This document shows, one piece after another, positions 44,985 through 47,738 of a DNA stretch of 47,738 bases. Where the stretch lies: the IMG/VR virus record IMGVR_UViG_3300023283_000032, positions 1-47,738 of that record. One strand, 5' to 3'. Below the pieces are notes generated by a model, which was given only the letters and a program-made list of their open reading frames with translations, was not told the DNA's origin and made no database searches. The position numbers and the translations under genes were made by a program. Position 1 is the stretch's first letter. Every line of letters begins with the position of its first letter. This DNA is from a virus (Duplodnaviria; Caudoviricetes).

Positions 44985-45229
44985 TGGGACATCGACCTAG
45001 GACCCGAGCTGACGACGAACGCGAGCTGCGCATCCTGCGCGCCTGCGCCGTGGAGGGACTGGGCGACGCGGCGCTGGCGGAACGCCACGGCGTTTCGCGC
45101 AATTCCGTCATCGGCCTCCGCAACCGCACCCGGACGGCCGACGTGGCCGAAAGCGGCGAGCCCGAAGGACAGGTGCGCGGCGCATACCTGCGCGGCAACT
45201 GCATAGTCGGGCCGGGTGCCATCTTCTGA
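44984..45229 (+). CDS. GcrA-like HTH protein
   Basis: LAERHGVSRNSVIGLRNR resembles the GcrA GVTRNAVIG motif. Confidence 0.6.
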   Translation: MGHRPRTRADDERELRILRACAVEGLGDAALAERHGVSRNSVIGLRNRTRTADVAESGEPEGQVRGAYLRGNCIVGPGAIF

Positions 45230-45441
45230 TGGACCCGCGCGAGTGCCTGATAACCGCGGCGATTGAGCACCTGGAGCAAGCGTGCTGGCACGCCAAGGCC
45301 ACGCACGCGCACTGCACCAACACCGGATACCTCAAGGACGGCATTCCTGGCCGGCCGGAGTGGTGGCCGTTCCTGTCCATCGCCGAGCGCGGCATGGCCG
45401 AGGCGGCGATCCGCATGGGCGCGTGGGAGATACCGGCGTGA
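45229..45441 (+). CDS. Hypothetical protein
   Basis: Coupled at both ends. Confidence 0.65.
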   Translation: MDPRECLITAAIEHLEQACWHAKATHAHCTNTGYLKDGIPGRPEWWPFLSIAERGMAEAAIRMGAWEIPA

Positions 45442-45770
45442 TTCTTAGGCTCGTTATAGGGGTCACCTTCGCCGCCGGCGTTGTCTGGGGCTGGGTGGCC
45501 AACGACCTGATGACGGCCCGCCCCGCCAGCTACCTGGGCGACCTGTCCGACCCTATCGTGGTGCCTGACCCCGGCGTGCGGCTGGTGCCGGTCAACACCC
45601 ACCTGCGCCCCGAGGACGCCGCGCCGCACCACTGGCCCAACGAGCACGCCGGCTGCGTGTCCGGGCCGCGGGATTGTGAGCCCTACGTCGCGCCGGTGCC
45701 GCTGCCGCCGGGTTTGTGGATCACCTTTTCGGCCCTAGCGGCGTTGTGGGTCGTTGGGAGGCAGAAATGA
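45438..45770 (+). CDS. Exported protein with VPLPA-CTERM-like sorting signal
   Basis: N-terminal hydrophobic segment; C-terminus APVPLPPGLWITFSALAALWVVGRQK. Confidence 0.7.
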   Translation: MILRLVIGVTFAAGVVWGWVANDLMTARPASYLGDLSDPIVVPDPGVRLVPVNTHLRPEDAAPHHWPNEHAGCVSGPRDCEPYVAPVPLPPGLWITFSALAALWVVGRQK

Positions 45771-46006
45771 CCGACAAACCTGTTTCACTCGCGGAAGCCT
45801 TGCCGCAGGAGATCGCCCGCGTCTCGGCGAAGAAAGAGCGCTGGCAGAGCTTCATGCGCGACCACGCGATGGTGTCAGGCATGCAATTCAGCATCAACAT
45901 TATGCAGGCCGAGATTGAGGAAGCTGTGAACGCGCTCGCGTCCGGTGACTTGGCTCGGATGCTGACAGCACACGAAAGCCTGAAAGGGTATAACGATGAC
46001 GACTGA
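45767..46006 (+). CDS. Hypothetical protein
   Basis: RBS GGGAGG, ATGA coupling. Confidence 0.7.
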   Translation: MTDKPVSLAEALPQEIARVSAKKERWQSFMRDHAMVSGMQFSINIMQAEIEEAVNALASGDLARMLTAHESLKGYNDDD

Positions 46007-46535
46007 CCCGAATGACCTGATCGCACAGGCGGATGCGGCGCTGGAAGGGGTGACCGAGGGGCCTTGGACTGTTGAGCACGAAACCGGAGAAACACTGGCA
46101 TGGGAGGTCGGCGATACATGCCTAATAATGGAGGGCTTCAACGATAAATGGCAAAAATGCCAAATGTGCAACACGGAATTCTACCCCTGGGTTCCCGAAA
46201 ATTTGAGGGATTGGGATTTCATTGCCGCTAGCCGCAGCCTTGTACCCGCTCTCCGCGACACCCTTGCCGCCGCCCTTGCCGAGCGGGACGCGCTCAAGGC
46301 GGATAATGAGCGGCTGACACGCCCGTACGAAGATATCTGTCGGGCTGAACGCGCTCGCATTGCTGCTGCGCTCCGCCAAAATGCCGAACGGGCTGAAAAG
46401 GAGCCGCCGGGCATCACTATTGAATGCGTCGATCCGCAAGACGTGGCGAAGATTCTTCGAGCGTCCGCTGATGTGATGGAGCGTGAAGATCGCGCTTCAA
46501 CCCTTGCAGCACTGATTGACAAGTCAAACGCATGA
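45996..46535 (+). CDS. Ead/Ea22-like protein
   Basis: TEGPW...DFIAASR plus coiled coil. Confidence 0.55.
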   Translation: MTTDPNDLIAQADAALEGVTEGPWTVEHETGETLAWEVGDTCLIMEGFNDKWQKCQMCNTEFYPWVPENLRDWDFIAASRSLVPALRDTLAAALAERDALKADNERLTRPYEDICRAERARIAAALRQNAERAEKEPPGITIECVDPQDVAKILRASADVMEREDRASTLAALIDKSNA

Positions 46536-46870
46536 TCCGCCTCACTCTCACCGCCTTTCTAATCGCCACCCCCGCCACCGCCGACGTGGAGCTGCGCGAG
46601 GTCCACGGCGAGAATCACGTCGCCGAGGTAGTGTTAATAAACCGGGTCGGCGCAAACGGCGGAATTGTGGAGCGTCACGAAATAGTCATTCCCGAGGGCA
46701 TGATCGTCGTCACGGAATACCACACACCGAACGCCAGATGCGTGCCGGCCTGCCCGGACAGGATCGTCATCGACGCCCTGCCGCCCGGCATTGTCGCCGA
46801 GGTGCCGGAGCTTACCGTGCCGGAACAGAAAACCGGCGTGATCCGTCTCTTTAGATTTGCGGGGTCGTGA
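46532..46870 (+). CDS. Small exported protein
   Basis: Signal MIRLTLTAFLIATPATA; CVPAC motif. Confidence 0.7.
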   Translation: MIRLTLTAFLIATPATADVELREVHGENHVAEVVLINRVGANGGIVERHEIVIPEGMIVVTEYHTPNARCVPACPDRIVIDALPPGIVAEVPELTVPEQKTGVIRLFRFAGS

Positions 46871-47738
46871 TGGAGCCTGTCGTTCTGAAATGCGGCGACT
46901 TCCAATTGAAGATTGGCTCGGATGTCGCTTGGTTCGCGCTGAGCCAAGACGGAAAGAAGCTTTCGCAATTCCACCGCGAGCCGCTGGCCGAGTGCCTCGC
47001 CTACATGCGCCGTCGGCTTTCGGACCCGGCGACCAAGCCGGAGCGGGTTCCGGAAATTGAAGCGATCATCAAGGCGATAAAGGCGAGGATGGAGGGGATC
47101 TGAAATGCACGTATCCATTTCGATAAGGTTGCTCGGCAATCGGGCAGAGGCGATCGCGGACTATGAGCAGGATGGCCAGCCCTGCCAGCTTTGCGAGGAG
47201 GGCGCCACCGGCGCTGGCGCGCTGTCGCGCCTCATGCGCCGGGCGGTCGCCGCCGGCCTTAAAGGGGCAACCTACGAGGCGCCGTACGGGTTGCAGGGAA
47301 CCATCGCCCCCCCGGCGGCGCGCCCAAGGCCGCGCAAGCCCGTGCCACCCGATCCTCTGAGCGAATGGGGCCCGTATCATGGATGATGGCATGACCCTCC
47401 ACGACCGCATCAAGCGCCTGCTCCGGCAGGCCAACGCGCTGACCCTGACGGAAATCGCGATGGAAGTCGGCGCCCATAGAGTCGATACAGTGCAGGCGCT
47501 GCACGAATTGCAGGACGCCGACGAGGTGATTTTGCGGGACGGGTTCTGCAGGATTGCGGAGAAGGCGCGCGAGAAATGAGGGAAGGAATCTCGGACAACT
47601 GGGTGAAGCTGTCATGCTTCAACTGCGAAAAAGTGAGGTATTATCCTGCAAGTGCGGCGCGCCGGTATGAAGAAAAGAAATAACGTTGCAATAAGTGCCG
47701 GCATACCCTGAAGGGCCGGACGCTCAAGAAGCTCAACC
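46675..47738 (+). repeat. Terminal direct repeat, copy B (includes second copies of ORFs 46867..47103, 47105..47386, 47379..47579)
   Basis: Matches 1..1064. Confidence 0.95.

Larger units (their letters stand above)
1..47738. mobile_element. Complete temperate myovirus-type phage genome (unit ~46,674 bp plus 1,064 bp terminal overlap), in unintegrated attP form
   Basis: Packaging, head, sheath/tube, baseplate, lysis, integrase, intact attP, repressor/cro, RecET and replication genes all present; no host genes; ends overlap. Confidence 0.95.

Overview
The window is a complete, or essentially complete, temperate contractile-tailed (myovirus-type) phage genome. The unit length is about 46,674 bp, and the first 1,064 bp recur imperfectly at the end. 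An alphaproteobacterial, probably Rhodobacterales, host is inferred from a VPLP-CTERM protein, a GcrA-like HTH, and DUF1376- and DUF6456-like genes. Gene order: right early operon (RusA, DnaB, initiator), late regulator, P22-gp3-type TerS and TerL, head, tail and baseplate, a ~10 kb accessory fibre/enzyme module containing a heme-oxygenase-fold gene, lysis cassette, attP (3' half of tRNA-Leu CAA), integrase and Xis, left early operon (sulfotransferase, RecET, Ala/Trp repeat protein), and the immunity switch. The best candidate for an undescribed system is at the switch. A short repressor with no self-cleavage domain is overlapped tail-to-tail by an unannotated 57-aa ORF resembling the repressor's own C-terminal helices, a putative mimic-type antirepressor. 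The region also has two operator families and a nearby structured RNA with anti-Shine-Dalgarno loops. All family names come from motif recognition by eye; no database search was run.
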